Of a stretch of DNA of 64,000 bases, positions 10,175 through 20,696 are shown one piece after another. Location of the stretch: the NCBI GenBank assembly GCA_964558935.1, contig CAZLFP010000001.1, positions 5,299 through 69,298 on the forward strand, in the 5' to 3' direction. A model generated the notes under the pieces. That model had not been told where the DNA came from. It searched no databases and saw nothing but the letters and a program-made list of their open reading frames with translations. The stretch is from an uncultured Gammaproteobacteria bacterium (GTDB lineage Bacteria; Patescibacteriota; Patescibacteriia; 2-01-FULL-39-33). Position 1 is the first letter of the stretch; each line of letters opens with the position of its first letter. Both the position numbers and the translations under genes were made by a program.

Positions 10175-10870
10175 ATGCAATTACCCACAATTTTGGAATT
10201 ACTCCAATCCGGTGTCCATTTTGGCCACCAAAAAAGCCGCTGGCATCCTAAGATGGCAGATTTTGTGTTTATTGAAAGAAACAATGTTCATGTTATTGAT
10301 CTGGAAAAAACTTTAGAACAACTGAAGTTGGCTTTAGATTTTGTACAACAAGTTATTAAACAAGACGGCACTATTTTGTTCATTGGCACCAAAAAACAGG
10401 GCCAAGCGATTATTAAGAAGTATGCCCAAGAGGTGAATATGCCATATATCACTGAAAGATGGATTGGCGGTATGTTCACTAACTTCAGCAATGTTAACAA
10501 ATTGATTAAAAAGTACAAAGATTTTATCGAGAAAAAGGAGTCTGGTGCTTTGGCTAAGTACACTAAGAAGGAAAGAGTGGAATTTGACAAGCAAATTGAC
10601 AAACTGGAAAAGTTCGTCGGTGGCTTGGTTAATTTAAAAAAGATTCCGGAAGCCATTTTTGTGTTAGATGCTAAACAACAGAAGACAGCCATTGCCGAAG
10701 CCAGAAAAAAGCAAGTGCCTATTATCGGTTTTTGCGACACTAATATTAATCCTGAGATTATGGATTATCCGATTCCAGCTAATGATGACGCTGTTAAATC
10801 GATTGAAAAAATTACCGCCTTGGTAGCAGAGGCTATCCAAGAAGCTCAAAACCAGAAAAATAACAAATAA
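10175..10870 (+). CDS. rpsB: 30S ribosomal protein S2 (probable start 10175)
   Basis: ELLQSGVHFGH, RWIGGMFTN, YPIPANDD. Confidence 0.97.
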   Translation: MQLPTILELLQSGVHFGHQKSRWHPKMADFVFIERNNVHVIDLEKTLEQLKLALDFVQQVIKQDGTILFIGTKKQGQAIIKKYAQEVNMPYITERWIGGMFTNFSNVNKLIKKYKDFIEKKESGALAKYTKKERVEFDKQIDKLEKFVGGLVNLKKIPEAIFVLDAKQQKTAIAEARKKQVPIIGFCDTNINPEIMDYPIPANDDAVKSIEKITALVAEAIQEAQNQKNNK

Positions 10871-10881
10871 TAGTTAAAGCC

Positions 10882-11658
10882 ATGGAGATTAATTTGCAAA
10901 CCATTTCGGATTTACGTGCTCAAACCGGAGCTGGCATTGCCGATTGCAAAAAAGCTTTGGAAGAAGCTAATGGAGACATTGCCATTGCCATAGAAAATTT
11001 GCGCAAAAAGGGAGAATTAAAAGCCGCTAAAAAGACAGACCGGGCCACTAAAGAAGGTTTGGTCGCCTTAGCTCAAGAAGATAACAAGGTGGCGGCCGTG
11101 GTTTTGGCTTGCGAAACAGATTTTGTGTCTCGCAACCAGGATTTCATACAAGTCACAGAAAATTTTGCTCAGACCTTGCTTCAAGCGGAAGATTTAGAGC
11201 AGTTCAAAGCCCAAGCTGAGGACCGAATTAAAAGCGAGTTAATCGTCAAAATTGGCGAGAACATTCAACTGGCAGATTACGGAGTTTTAACCGGAGAAAC
11301 AGTGGGCAGTTATCTGCACAGCAACAAGAAAACCGCGGCTGTCGTGGTACTGTCTGGTGGCCAAGTTGAATTGGCGAATGATTTGGCCATGCAAGTGACT
11401 GCCATGTCTCCTCAATACGTAAGACCGGAAGATATTCCGGATGAAGAAATTGCTAAGGAAAAAGAAATCTACCGTGAGCAATTAAAAGCCGAAGGCAAGC
11501 CAGAACAAATTTGGGATAAGATTATTGAGGGTAAATTAAATAAATTTTACCAAGATGTTTGTCTAGAGCATCAGGAATATATTAAAGATGATTCCAAACG
11601 AGTTAAAGATTTGTTGGGTGAAGTAAGGATTGTAGACTTTAAGAAATATAGTGTTTAA
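10882..11658 (+). CDS. tsf: Elongation factor Ts
   Basis: LRAQTGAGIADCKKAL, CETDFV. Confidence 0.97.
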   Translation: MEINLQTISDLRAQTGAGIADCKKALEEANGDIAIAIENLRKKGELKAAKKTDRATKEGLVALAQEDNKVAAVVLACETDFVSRNQDFIQVTENFAQTLLQAEDLEQFKAQAEDRIKSELIVKIGENIQLADYGVLTGETVGSYLHSNKKTAAVVVLSGGQVELANDLAMQVTAMSPQYVRPEDIPDEEIAKEKEIYREQLKAEGKPEQIWDKIIEGKLNKFYQDVCLEHQEYIKDDSKRVKDLLGEVRIVDFKKYSV

Positions 11659-11659
11659 T

Positions 11660-12478
11660 ATGCAAATTGCTTTGGTTCAATTTTCGTCTTGGGACAAGGT
11701 TTATTATTTTAATCCGAACGATTTGAAATTGAAACAAGCAGATTGGGTGGTGGTTACGACTGAATTCGGCAGTGAAGTCGGCAAGATAATTGGCTTTAAG
11801 GAATTGTCTGAATCAGAGTTAAAGGAGATCGAGGATCTAAAACCGATCGATCGAACAGCCACGACTGAAGCTTGGGAAGTTGTCAATACGGTAAATGATC
11901 GAGATAAAAAGAGCCAAGCCTTGGATTTTTGTCGTCAGGCTGCCAAGAGGCATAACTTGGAAATTAAGATAGTCGACTGTCATTTTTCCTATGACGACAG
12001 AAGACTGACCATTGCTTTTATTGCCGACGGTCGAATAGATTTTCGTGAATTGGTTAAAGATTTGGCCAGACATTTCCAAAAATCCATCCGTTTGCATCAA
12101 TTGGGTGTCAGAGACGAAGCTAAAATCGACGGAGATATTGGTCCATGCGGACGCGTTTTATGTTGCGCCAGCTATTTAAAGGAATTGGGCAATGTCTCTT
12201 CAGATTTGGCGGAACAGCAACAAATTGCCCACCGAGGTTCTGACCGGTTGTCCGGAGTATGTTCCAGATTAAAGTGTTGCCTAGCTTATGAAAAAGATTT
12301 GTACGACAAATTGGCCAAAAAACTGCCTGCTATTGGCACCAGAGTCAGGACTAAGCATGGTCGGGGAGAGATTATTGGTTGGCATGTTCTAAAAGGAAGT
12401 GTTGATGTTAAAATAGATCCGGAAGCTGGCAAGGAAGATGATAGACCCCTGATTGTGGAAGTACCGATTAAAGATTAG
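11660..12478 (+). CDS. PSP1/RicT (YaaT) family Fe-S protein
   Basis: ADGRIDFRELVKDLA, GVRDEA, GPCGR.LCC, SGVCSRLKCCLAYE. Confidence 0.9.
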   Translation: MQIALVQFSSWDKVYYFNPNDLKLKQADWVVVTTEFGSEVGKIIGFKELSESELKEIEDLKPIDRTATTEAWEVVNTVNDRDKKSQALDFCRQAAKRHNLEIKIVDCHFSYDDRRLTIAFIADGRIDFRELVKDLARHFQKSIRLHQLGVRDEAKIDGDIGPCGRVLCCASYLKELGNVSSDLAEQQQIAHRGSDRLSGVCSRLKCCLAYEKDLYDKLAKKLPAIGTRVRTKHGRGEIIGWHVLKGSVDVKIDPEAGKEDDRPLIVEVPIKD

Positions 12479-12567
12479 AGTATCAAATATTACACTTAAC
12501 CAGGTGTAATATTTTTTTTTCATTTTTTTTGGTATAATACCAGTAATCTAATCCATAACTCATTCCC

Positions 12568-13578
12568 ATGCTTAAAATTGCGATTAACGGTTTTGGCCGA
12601 ATTGGCCGAGCAGCTTTTAAAGTGGCGTTAACCAAGCAGAATTTACAAGTGGTAGCCATTAATGACTTAACTGAAGCTAAGCTACTGGCTCATTTACTCA
12701 AATACGATACTGTATACGGTACGCATCCCGCTAAAATTAGTGCCACTCATCATCAGTTGAAAGTGGACGGGCAGGTCATTCCTTTTTACCAACAGCCAGA
12801 TCCGGCCAAATTGCCCTGGCAGGAATTGGGAGTAGATATTGTTTTGGAATGTACCGGTTTTTTTAAGACACAAGATGCGGCTCAAGCTCACTTGAAAGCT
12901 GGTGCTAAGCGGGTGATTATCTCAGCTCCAGCCAAGGATGAAGTCACTAAAACACTGGTTCTGGGTACTGCCAAGACAAGTCAGACACTTAAAAAGCCTT
13001 TGAGAGATAAAATTATTTCAATGGCCTCTTGTACCACCAATTGTGTAGCGCCTATTATCCAGATTTTACATGATACTTATGGAGTAGACAAAGCAATTAT
13101 GACCACCGCTCATGCTTACACCTCCACCCAGAATTTAGTGGATGGTCCAAATAAGGATTTAAGACGAGCCAGAGCAGCTGCTGCCAATCTGATTTTAACC
13201 ACCACCGGTGCGGCTATCTCAACCACTCAAACCATTCCCCAGCTGAAAGATAAATTTCATGGTATTGCTTTGAGAGTGCCCATCACTTGTGGTTCAATTG
13301 TCGATTTGGTAGCTGTTTTGAAAAGAAAACAAGTTACTTCAGATGATATAAATCAGGCTTTTTTAAACGCTGCCAAAAAACCAGATTACCGTAGAGTATT
13401 GAGTGTCAACCGTTTGCCTTTGGTTTCTTCGGATATCGTCGGCAATCCGTATTCAACTATTATTGACGCTGACTTTACTCAAGTAGTAGGCGGTAATTTG
13501 GTTAAGATCATGGCTTGGTATGACAATGAATGGGGTTATTCCAACCGGCTGGTGGAAATGGCTCAGAGTTTAAAGTAG
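12568..13578 (+). CDS. gap: Glyceraldehyde-3-phosphate dehydrogenase type I
   Basis: INGFGRIGR, ASCTTNC, AWYDNEWGYS. Confidence 0.97.
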   Translation: MLKIAINGFGRIGRAAFKVALTKQNLQVVAINDLTEAKLLAHLLKYDTVYGTHPAKISATHHQLKVDGQVIPFYQQPDPAKLPWQELGVDIVLECTGFFKTQDAAQAHLKAGAKRVIISAPAKDEVTKTLVLGTAKTSQTLKKPLRDKIISMASCTTNCVAPIIQILHDTYGVDKAIMTTAHAYTSTQNLVDGPNKDLRRARAAAANLILTTTGAAISTTQTIPQLKDKFHGIALRVPITCGSIVDLVAVLKRKQVTSDDINQAFLNAAKKPDYRRVLSVNRLPLVSSDIVGNPYSTIIDADFTQVVGGNLVKIMAWYDNEWGYSNRLVEMAQSLK

Positions 13579-13608
13579 TTTAGTCAATTATTATAAAAAA
13601 GGGCCTAC

Positions 13609-14088
13609 TTAATTCGTAGGCCCATCGTGGTAATCGATGTCGAGTTCATCGATCATTTTTTTGAGGTTTTCCGAGGACGGTTCGGGTGGACAAGCTTGAT
13701 CCGGCTTTTCCGGTTCAACCTGTTCAGATTCTTCGGTTGCCTCAAACTCTTCTGATCTGTCAAAAACACAGTTAAGCGTGTTGATGATAGAACAGAAAAG
13801 ATGAGTCAAGTCACTCTCAGTGTAAACAAAAGATTCTTTGGTGTCCGGATTGAATATGCTACAGGTTAAGCCCAGACTTTCATTGGCTTGACCTTCGACG
13901 CATTGTTCAATTTCCAAACTACCTTCCAGAGCCGCTGCTTTGCTTTGCATGAATTTGTCCAAGCTGGATAGCTGCCAGCGGGTTAGGCGATTGCAAGCTT
14001 CCACATACAAGCGGTATAGCAGGCGACCTTCAGCTAGACTGATTTCATACTCGTAGAAACCATCGATCAGGCATCGTTCACGCTTCAT
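13609..14088 (-). CDS. Orphan hypothetical protein (own promoter, SD, terminator)
   Basis: Minus strand TTGACT(14156)-17-AATAAT; SD AGGAGGG; hairpin GGGCCTAC/GTAGGCCC with A-run at 13595-13623. Confidence 0.7.
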   Translation of the reverse strand: MKRERCLIDGFYEYEISLAEGRLLYRLYVEACNRLTRWQLSSLDKFMQSKAAALEGSLEIEQCVEGQANESLGLTCSIFNPDTKESFVYTESDLTHLFCSIINTLNCVFDRSEEFEATEESEQVEPEKPDQACPPEPSSENLKKMIDELDIDYHDGPTN

Positions 14089-14234
14089 ATCTCGGCCCTC
14101 CTTGGTTTAGACTGCAGGACTGACTTTATTATTCCCAATATCTGCTTAATAGTCAAACAGTTGACAGCAGTTTTGGATCTGGTACAATGAGCGGAGCAGT
14201 AGTTTCTGTTGGCAGTACATAGGAGGAAAGTGTC

Positions 14235-14696
14235 ATGTCAGTCAACTGGAGTGAAGTCAATGTGGATTGGAGTAATGCCACTCCTTTCGCGCTGAAGTTG
14301 CGTGAACGCATTGAAGGTCGGAGATTTGACCATGAGATCTTGGATGGAGAAGAAATTAGAGCCTTTCTTAAGGTTGAAACAGACGGTTTAACTCTGAGTG
14401 TTCATCATTGTGATTTAACGCGAACCAGGGTTTTACTTTTGTCAGGCATGATTCTGGCGATTGTCGAGATTGGCCAGAATCATCTGATTCCCAAATGGTG
14501 CGGTCCGACTTTTGAAGCTGACAGCGGCATCGGTTCTGAACAGGAAAGATACAAGAAGAGATATGCCTTCTTGTTGGAAATTGACAAGCAGCTTGTCGAT
14601 GGAATCAACATCCGGTACATTTCGGCTGATCAGGTGTTTCGAATGCCGCATCGGGCACCGGCCATCTTGTATGTCGAGTCACGGAAAGATTTCTGA
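14235..14696 (+). CDS. Orphan hypothetical protein (own promoter, SD, terminator)
   Basis: TTGACA(14161)-16-TACAAT(14183); SD AGGAGG at 14221; terminator 14703-14741. Confidence 0.75.
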   Translation: MSVNWSEVNVDWSNATPFALKLRERIEGRRFDHEILDGEEIRAFLKVETDGLTLSVHHCDLTRTRVLLLSGMILAIVEIGQNHLIPKWCGPTFEADSGIGSEQERYKKRYAFLLEIDKQLVDGINIRYISADQVFRMPHRAPAILYVESRKDF

Positions 14697-14808
14697 TTAT
14701 TTGTGGGGAAGCGACCGAGGATCGCTTCCCACTTCTTTTTTGACTGTAGATCTTGCTAAATTTAAAATAATTTGCTAAAGTTATAAACGTCTAAAACATA
14801 GCTTAACT

Positions 14809-16632
14809 ATGGCACAAAAATGGTTGCATAAGTTATTTAACCCTGGTCCGCGCGGTAAACTACGCTGGGCGGTTTTTGGTTTGTTAATCGTCTTTGTTTT
14901 GGCTGTCTTCTTTAATGTCATTGGCTTTGCCAATCCTGGAGCCGATTATGTTAACAGCGCATTAAAACAAGTGCCTGCTATTAGTGGTCTTAAAATCTGG
15001 CCAGCTGTCGAGACTAATCCGGTAGATAACAGTAAGGTTTTGGTATGGAAAAATTTGGCTGAGATAGATTTTAACACTTATGGCATGCCGTTTCGCCTGG
15101 GTCTAGATTTGCTGGGCGGCACTCACTTGGTTTACCAGGCTGACTTGTCCCAGGTAGATCCAATGGAACATGCGCAAGCAGTAGAAGGTGTTAGAGATGT
15201 GATTGAAAGACGAGTAAACGTGTTGGGTGTTTCCGAGCCCTTGGTTCAAACCAACAAAGTTGACAATGATTGGCGGGTGATTATTGAATTAGCTGGCGTG
15301 TATGATGTTAACCAAGCCATTGAGATGATTGGTGAAACTCCGCTGCTGGAATTTAAATTGGATACTGGCAGAACAACTCAATTGGATCCCGAACAACAAG
15401 CGCAACTGGACCAAGCCAATGCTGAGGTTAAACAGCTAGCCCAAGAGGTGTTAGAGCGGATTGTTAACGGTGAAGATATCGCCAGTTTAGCTGCTGAGTA
15501 TTCCGATGATCCGGGCAGTAAGGAAAACGGTGGATTGTATCAAGGAGTGACTCAGGGTATGTTTGTGCCGGCTTTTGATGAAGTTATTTTTAATCAATTA
15601 CAAGCCGGAGAGCTTAACCCAGACTTGGTTGAAACTCAGTTTGGTTACCATATTATTAAAAAAGAAGCGGAAAATGAGGTTGACGGTCAAAGACAAGTGG
15701 ATGTCAGACATATTTTATTGGCTGCCAAGACACCAGCTGATTTTGGATGGTCTGTTGAGCCAGAGTGGGAGAATACGGGTTTGACCGGTCAGCATCTGAA
15801 AAAAGCGACTGTCTATTTCCAGCAACAAGCCAATATTCCGCAAGTTCAATTAGAGTTTAACAACGAGGGGTCAGATTTATTTGCAGATATTACTCGCAAC
15901 AATTCTGGTAAAATGTTGGGTATTTTTTTAGACGGTTATCCAATCAGTCTGCCTAGAATCAATGAACCGATTTTATCTGGAGAAGCGGTTATTACCGGTG
16001 ATTTCAGTCCTCAGGAAGCTAAACTCTTAGCTCAAAGATTAAACGCCGGAGCTCTACCGGTGCCCATCAATCTCATTTCTCAAACCACTGTCGGTGCTAG
16101 CTTGGGTGCAGCTTCAGTTGAAAAAAGCTTAGTGTCCGGTATTTGGGGGTTGATATTGGTAGCCATCTTTATGATTATAATCTACCGTTTGCCGGGTATT
16201 ATGTCAGTTTTGGCTCTGGCTTTGTACACCGCTTTAGTCTTGTTGGTCTTTAAATTAGGCGGTGTCACCTTGACTTTGGCTGGTATTGCTGGCTTTATTT
16301 TGTCCATTGGTATGGCGGTGGATGCTAATGTTCTAATCTTCGAAAGATTGAAAGAGGAATTAAAGATTGGCCAGGATTTAACCACAGCTGTCGAACAGGG
16401 TTTTAATCGAGCATGGAGTTCCATTCGAGATTCCAATATTTCTTCCCTGATCACTTGCGGGATTTTATTTTGGTTCGGCTCCAGTATTATTAAGGGTTTT
16501 GCACTAACCTTGGGTTTGGGTATTCTGGTCTCAATGTTTTCTGCAATTGTCGTAACCAAACAATTTTTAAGATTAATTGCCAAGTGGCCGGTGAGTAAGT
16601 TTCTATGGTTGTACGGCTTGAATAAAAAATAG
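14809..16632 (+). CDS. secD: Protein translocase subunit SecD with inserted parvulin (PPIase) domain
   Basis: LGLDLLGG, RRVNVLGVSEP, LNAGALPV, GMAVDANVLIFER; insert YSDDPGSKENGGL...ETQFGYHII. Confidence 0.95.
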   Translation: MAQKWLHKLFNPGPRGKLRWAVFGLLIVFVLAVFFNVIGFANPGADYVNSALKQVPAISGLKIWPAVETNPVDNSKVLVWKNLAEIDFNTYGMPFRLGLDLLGGTHLVYQADLSQVDPMEHAQAVEGVRDVIERRVNVLGVSEPLVQTNKVDNDWRVIIELAGVYDVNQAIEMIGETPLLEFKLDTGRTTQLDPEQQAQLDQANAEVKQLAQEVLERIVNGEDIASLAAEYSDDPGSKENGGLYQGVTQGMFVPAFDEVIFNQLQAGELNPDLVETQFGYHIIKKEAENEVDGQRQVDVRHILLAAKTPADFGWSVEPEWENTGLTGQHLKKATVYFQQQANIPQVQLEFNNEGSDLFADITRNNSGKMLGIFLDGYPISLPRINEPILSGEAVITGDFSPQEAKLLAQRLNAGALPVPINLISQTTVGASLGAASVEKSLVSGIWGLILVAIFMIIIYRLPGIMSVLALALYTALVLLVFKLGGVTLTLAGIAGFILSIGMAVDANVLIFERLKEELKIGQDLTTAVEQGFNRAWSSIRDSNISSLITCGILFWFGSSIIKGFALTLGLGILVSMFSAIVVTKQFLRLIAKWPVSKFLWLYGLNKK

Positions 16633-16633
16633 T

Positions 16634-17554
16634 ATGCAATACAGTATTGTTAAAAAAAGAAATTTTTTCTATCTGGTGTCTGCCAGCTTAATGCTTGCCA
16701 GTCTTATTAGTTTAAGTGTTTGGGGTTTGAAACTGGGTATTGATTTTACCGGTGGCAGTTTAATGGAGTTGAATTTTAGTCAGTCTCGACCGGAGAGTCA
16801 AGAGATCAAAGATGTTCTGGCTGAGTTTGACCTGGGAGACATTAAGGTTCAATCGGCAGGTGAGACTGCCGTGATGATTCGCTTTAAAGATATTGATGAA
16901 GCGATGCATCAGCAGATTCTAGATAAATTGAAATCTACTTACCAAGTGGAGGAAGAGTTGACTTTTGAAGAACAGCGTTTTGAATCGATCGGACCGGTGA
17001 TTGGGCAGGAATTAAAACAAAAAGCTGTTTGGGCGATTGGTCTGGCGGTGGTGATGATTATCTTATACATTGCCTATGCTTTTAGACAGGTGTCAAAACC
17101 GGTGGCTTCTTGGAAATTTGGTATTGCCGCAATTCTGGCTTTAATTCATGATATTGTAATCGTTACCGGCCTATTTTCTGTACTTGGTCACGTTCAGGGC
17201 GTGGAAATAGACTCTTTGTTTATTACTGCTTTGTTAACGATTTTAGGTTTTTCCGTGCATGATACCATTGTGGTTTTTGACAGAACAAGAGAAAACTTAA
17301 AAAAGCATTACACTGCCGATTTCGAAGAAGTGGTCAGCGACAGTGTCAACCAAACCATTACCAGATCCATCAATACCTCAGTGACCACTTTACTTGTTTT
17401 AGTTACCATGTATATATATGGTGGTTCAAGCATTGCTAATTTCATTCTAGCTTTAATTGTTGGAGTGATCATTGGAACATACTCTTCAATTTTTGTGGCT
17501 AGTCCCATTATTGTAAGTTGGCAGCGTTGGGATCAGAAACGCAAGTCTGCTTAA
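16634..17554 (+). CDS. secF: Protein translocase subunit SecF
   Basis: LGIDFTGG, GFSVHDTIVVFDR.RE, GTYSSIFVA. Confidence 0.97.
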   Translation: MQYSIVKKRNFFYLVSASLMLASLISLSVWGLKLGIDFTGGSLMELNFSQSRPESQEIKDVLAEFDLGDIKVQSAGETAVMIRFKDIDEAMHQQILDKLKSTYQVEEELTFEEQRFESIGPVIGQELKQKAVWAIGLAVVMIILYIAYAFRQVSKPVASWKFGIAAILALIHDIVIVTGLFSVLGHVQGVEIDSLFITALLTILGFSVHDTIVVFDRTRENLKKHYTADFEEVVSDSVNQTITRSINTSVTTLLVLVTMYIYGGSSIANFILALIVGVIIGTYSSIFVASPIIVSWQRWDQKRKSA

Positions 17555-17579
17555 CTAAGCAGCACTGGGAGGGAAGATT

Positions 17580-17831
17580 ATGAATTGGAAGTTAGTTATT
17601 GGCGTTAAGAGACTGTTGGGCCTGCCAGTGATTGACTGGTCAAAGATTAACTTTAGGGATATGAATCATGCCTTGGGGTTGGGTTATTGCTATCTGCCCA
17701 AACCGGGCTTGGATGAAGGTCAATTACCGGCAGATTTTGATCCGGATACCAGACCGGATCTGTTTCTCAAACATAAGCTGACTCAAGCAGACAGGCACGC
17801 CATACAACGCCTTGTTCGTCCTCGCAAGTAG
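17580..17831 (+). CDS. Orphan hypothetical protein
   Basis: SD GGGAGGG at 17567; hairpin GCCAAGA/TCTTGGC after the stop. Confidence 0.6.
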   Translation: MNWKLVIGVKRLLGLPVIDWSKINFRDMNHALGLGYCYLPKPGLDEGQLPADFDPDTRPDLFLKHKLTQADRHAIQRLVRPRK

Positions 17832-17984
17832 CCAAGATTCGTTCTTGGCTCTTATTATTGTGAATATTATACCATTTGTTTGACAAAAATAATTATTCTT
17901 GATATAATTAAAACATCAAGTCAAGATATTGGTATTTTTTGTTTAAATTTAGACAAATATACCTCATTATTGATTACTAAAAAT

Positions 17985-19130
17985 ATGTCAATATTAGATC
18001 AGGTTAGAAAAAATCAATTTCAAGAACAATTAGCCGGTTTCAATCCTGTTGAAACCCTGGCTATTTTATTTTCTCGTTTATCTGAGAAAGAAAAAGATAT
18101 TCTGGAACGCAGATTCGGCTTATCTAGCGGAGACAGACAGACTTTAGAAGAGATTGGCGGTCAATATAACATCACTCGGGAAAGAGTTAGACAGATTGAG
18201 AATTTAAGCATCAAGAAATTGAAAGATTTAGAGGAATTGAGGGCTGAAATTTCTCAAGCTGAAAAGGTAACTGCTCAATTATTGGAGCAGTACGGAGGTG
18301 TTATGGAAGAGTTATTCTTTTTAGAGCATATCTTAAGCTATTTGGAAGATCATCCCAACAGTCAGAATGCTTTATTGTTTTTGGCTGAATATATCTTTTC
18401 TGACAACGTTAACAAAATTCACTATGACAAAGAATTTAACAATTTATGGACAGTAGGATCGGTTGATGTTGATACTCTTAAGCAAGTTATCAACCAGATG
18501 GTTAAATTGATTCAACAGCACGGCAAACCCATAAAATTGAATGATTTGTTAGCTCAGTTCAAGGAATCGGATTATTTTCAGAAGAATCGAGATAAATTCA
18601 TTACAGCCACTACTTTCTTAGACGTGACTGATGAGGATATTGACAAAATTTTGGAAAGCTACTTAAGAGCATCGCGCAAGATTAAACAAAATTTATTTGA
18701 TGAATGGGGTCTGATTACTTGGGGTAGTGTACAGCCTAAGAAAATTAATGATAAAATATATATAGTAATGAAAAAGGCGAACAAGCCTCTGCATTTTACA
18801 GAAATTGCCCAAGCGATTAATGAGACTAAATTCGACGACAAAATTGCTTACGCGCCAACCGTCCATAATGAATTAATCCTGGATGACAAGTATGTCTTAG
18901 TGGGAAGAGGTATTTATGCTTTAAAGGAGTGGGGTTACAAACCCGGCAGCGTAGCTCAAGTTTTGGAAGATTTACTCAGAGAACATGGCCCTTTATCTAA
19001 GGATGAGATCATTGAAAAAGTGTTGGAACGTAGAAATGTTAAAAGCTCAACAATCTATTTATCTTTGATGAACAACAAGAATATTAAGCGTACCAAGGAT
19101 AATAAGTACATGTTAGTGGAAGGTAAGTAA
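17985..19130 (+). CDS. Sigma70 region-4 HTH protein with C-terminal winged HTH (HARE-HTH-like) domains; start 17985
   Basis: RFGL...QTLEEIG..YNITRERVRQIE; KPLHFTEI, TVHNELI, YVLVGRGIYALKEWG; no sigma region 2 seen. Confidence 0.85.
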   Translation: MSILDQVRKNQFQEQLAGFNPVETLAILFSRLSEKEKDILERRFGLSSGDRQTLEEIGGQYNITRERVRQIENLSIKKLKDLEELRAEISQAEKVTAQLLEQYGGVMEELFFLEHILSYLEDHPNSQNALLFLAEYIFSDNVNKIHYDKEFNNLWTVGSVDVDTLKQVINQMVKLIQQHGKPIKLNDLLAQFKESDYFQKNRDKFITATTFLDVTDEDIDKILESYLRASRKIKQNLFDEWGLITWGSVQPKKINDKIYIVMKKANKPLHFTEIAQAINETKFDDKIAYAPTVHNELILDDKYVLVGRGIYALKEWGYKPGSVAQVLEDLLREHGPLSKDEIIEKVLERRNVKSSTIYLSLMNNKNIKRTKDNKYMLVEGK

Positions 19131-19191
19131 TTGGTACTTAATGGCTGCTGATCTTCGGTAGCCATTAGAGACCAATCTCAGGTGACAAATT

Positions 19192-20679
19192 ATGGGAATT
19201 GAAATATCTTTTAATTTTGAGGCCTGGCTAGCAAATTTACTGGCCTTTGGTTCTCAACCACCAACTCTCATTGCCTGGCAGCTGTTTATACAAGGCGGCT
19301 GGGTGATTTTTTTAGTTTTAATCATCTATGTTTTCTACCTTACTTGGCTGGATATGCGCCAAGGCAAGTTTGCCGGTAAATGGCAGCATGTTTTATTAGC
19401 CATAGATATTCCCAGAAACAACGAACAAACTCCTAAGGCTGTGGAAAGTGTATTTGCGGCGTTGGCTGGAACTCAATCCAGCGGTAATTTAATCGATATC
19501 TACTGGGAAGGTAAGGTTCAAGAAAGCTTTTCCTTTGAAATCGTCTCTTTAGAAGGCTATATTCAATTTTTAATTCGTACACCCAGTCATTACCGAGACT
19601 TAATCGAAGCTGCCATTTACGCCCAATATCCCGAAGCAGAAATTACAGAAGTCAATGACTACACAGCTGATTATGCCAAATTGACTTTTCCAAATCAAGA
19701 ATACAAACTTTGGGGAACTGAGTTTGTGTTGGTCAAGGATTATCCTTTTCCCATTAAAACCTATCCTGAATTTGAACATACTTTGAGTGGTAATTTTTTA
19801 GACCCCATGGCTGGTTTGTTGGAGATTATGTCACGATTTGGACCCGGTGAACAGATTTGGTTACAGTTTGTAGTCACTCCATTGAAAGCCCCGGGTTGGG
19901 ATGAAAAAGCGGTCAAAGTCTTGAAGGCCTTCAAAGGTGAAGACTATACACCTCCACCCACCTGGGAAGAAAAATACATTGTAAAGCCTGTGACCTTACT
20001 CTTATGGCCCATCACATTTATTATGAATGAGATTTTCGGCTTAGGTGGATCAGGAGCAGAAAAAAAAGAACCAGATCAATGGAAAATGTTTAAAATTTCT
20101 CCTGGTGAACGCCTGGTCTTTGAAAAAATAGAGCGTAAACTGAGCAAGCATGCTTTCAACACCAAATTTAGATTTATCTACTTAGGTAAAGCTGAGGCTT
20201 TTAGCAAACCCAAAGGAATCGGTGGTATTATTAGTGCTATTCAGCAGTACAACACCACGGATGCCAATGGTTTTAAACCGGGCGGTAAAACCAAAACCGG
20301 AGCAGATTATTTTAATGTGGCCAAGAGAACAGCTCAGCGTCAGAACGCCATTTTACGCAATTATGTCAATAGGAGTAATTACTATGGAGAAGCGCCCTCG
20401 GCCATGAAATTAAACACCGAAGAATTAGCTTCCCTTTGGCATTTTCCAACCATCTTAGTTAAAGCGCCCTCAGTGGAAATGGCCGGTTCCAGACGTGCCG
20501 TACCTCCTTCACGCCTACCATACCAAACAGCCAATCAGGCTCCGGCAGCTGCTATTGTTGAACCACCCGCTGCTACAGTGCCATCACCGGTACAGGCTCC
20601 TCAAACAGTCAATGAAACTTCTTCAGATGACACCCGTCCTTCAGAGCCGACTCCACCCCCTAACTTACCGACCGTTTAA
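19192..20679 (+). CDS. Membrane-anchored partner of VirD4/HerA-like ATPase
   Basis: N-terminal TM, FSFEIVS, IYAQYPEAEI, ELASLWHFP, Pro-rich tail; adjacent to the ATPase. Confidence 0.75.
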   Translation: MGIEISFNFEAWLANLLAFGSQPPTLIAWQLFIQGGWVIFLVLIIYVFYLTWLDMRQGKFAGKWQHVLLAIDIPRNNEQTPKAVESVFAALAGTQSSGNLIDIYWEGKVQESFSFEIVSLEGYIQFLIRTPSHYRDLIEAAIYAQYPEAEITEVNDYTADYAKLTFPNQEYKLWGTEFVLVKDYPFPIKTYPEFEHTLSGNFLDPMAGLLEIMSRFGPGEQIWLQFVVTPLKAPGWDEKAVKVLKAFKGEDYTPPPTWEEKYIVKPVTLLLWPITFIMNEIFGLGGSGAEKKEPDQWKMFKISPGERLVFEKIERKLSKHAFNTKFRFIYLGKAEAFSKPKGIGGIISAIQQYNTTDANGFKPGGKTKTGADYFNVAKRTAQRQNAILRNYVNRSNYYGEAPSAMKLNTEELASLWHFPTILVKAPSVEMAGSRRAVPPSRLPYQTANQAPAAAIVEPPAATVPSPVQAPQTVNETSSDDTRPSEPTPPPNLPTV

Positions 20680-20696
20680 TGATATAATACATACAG

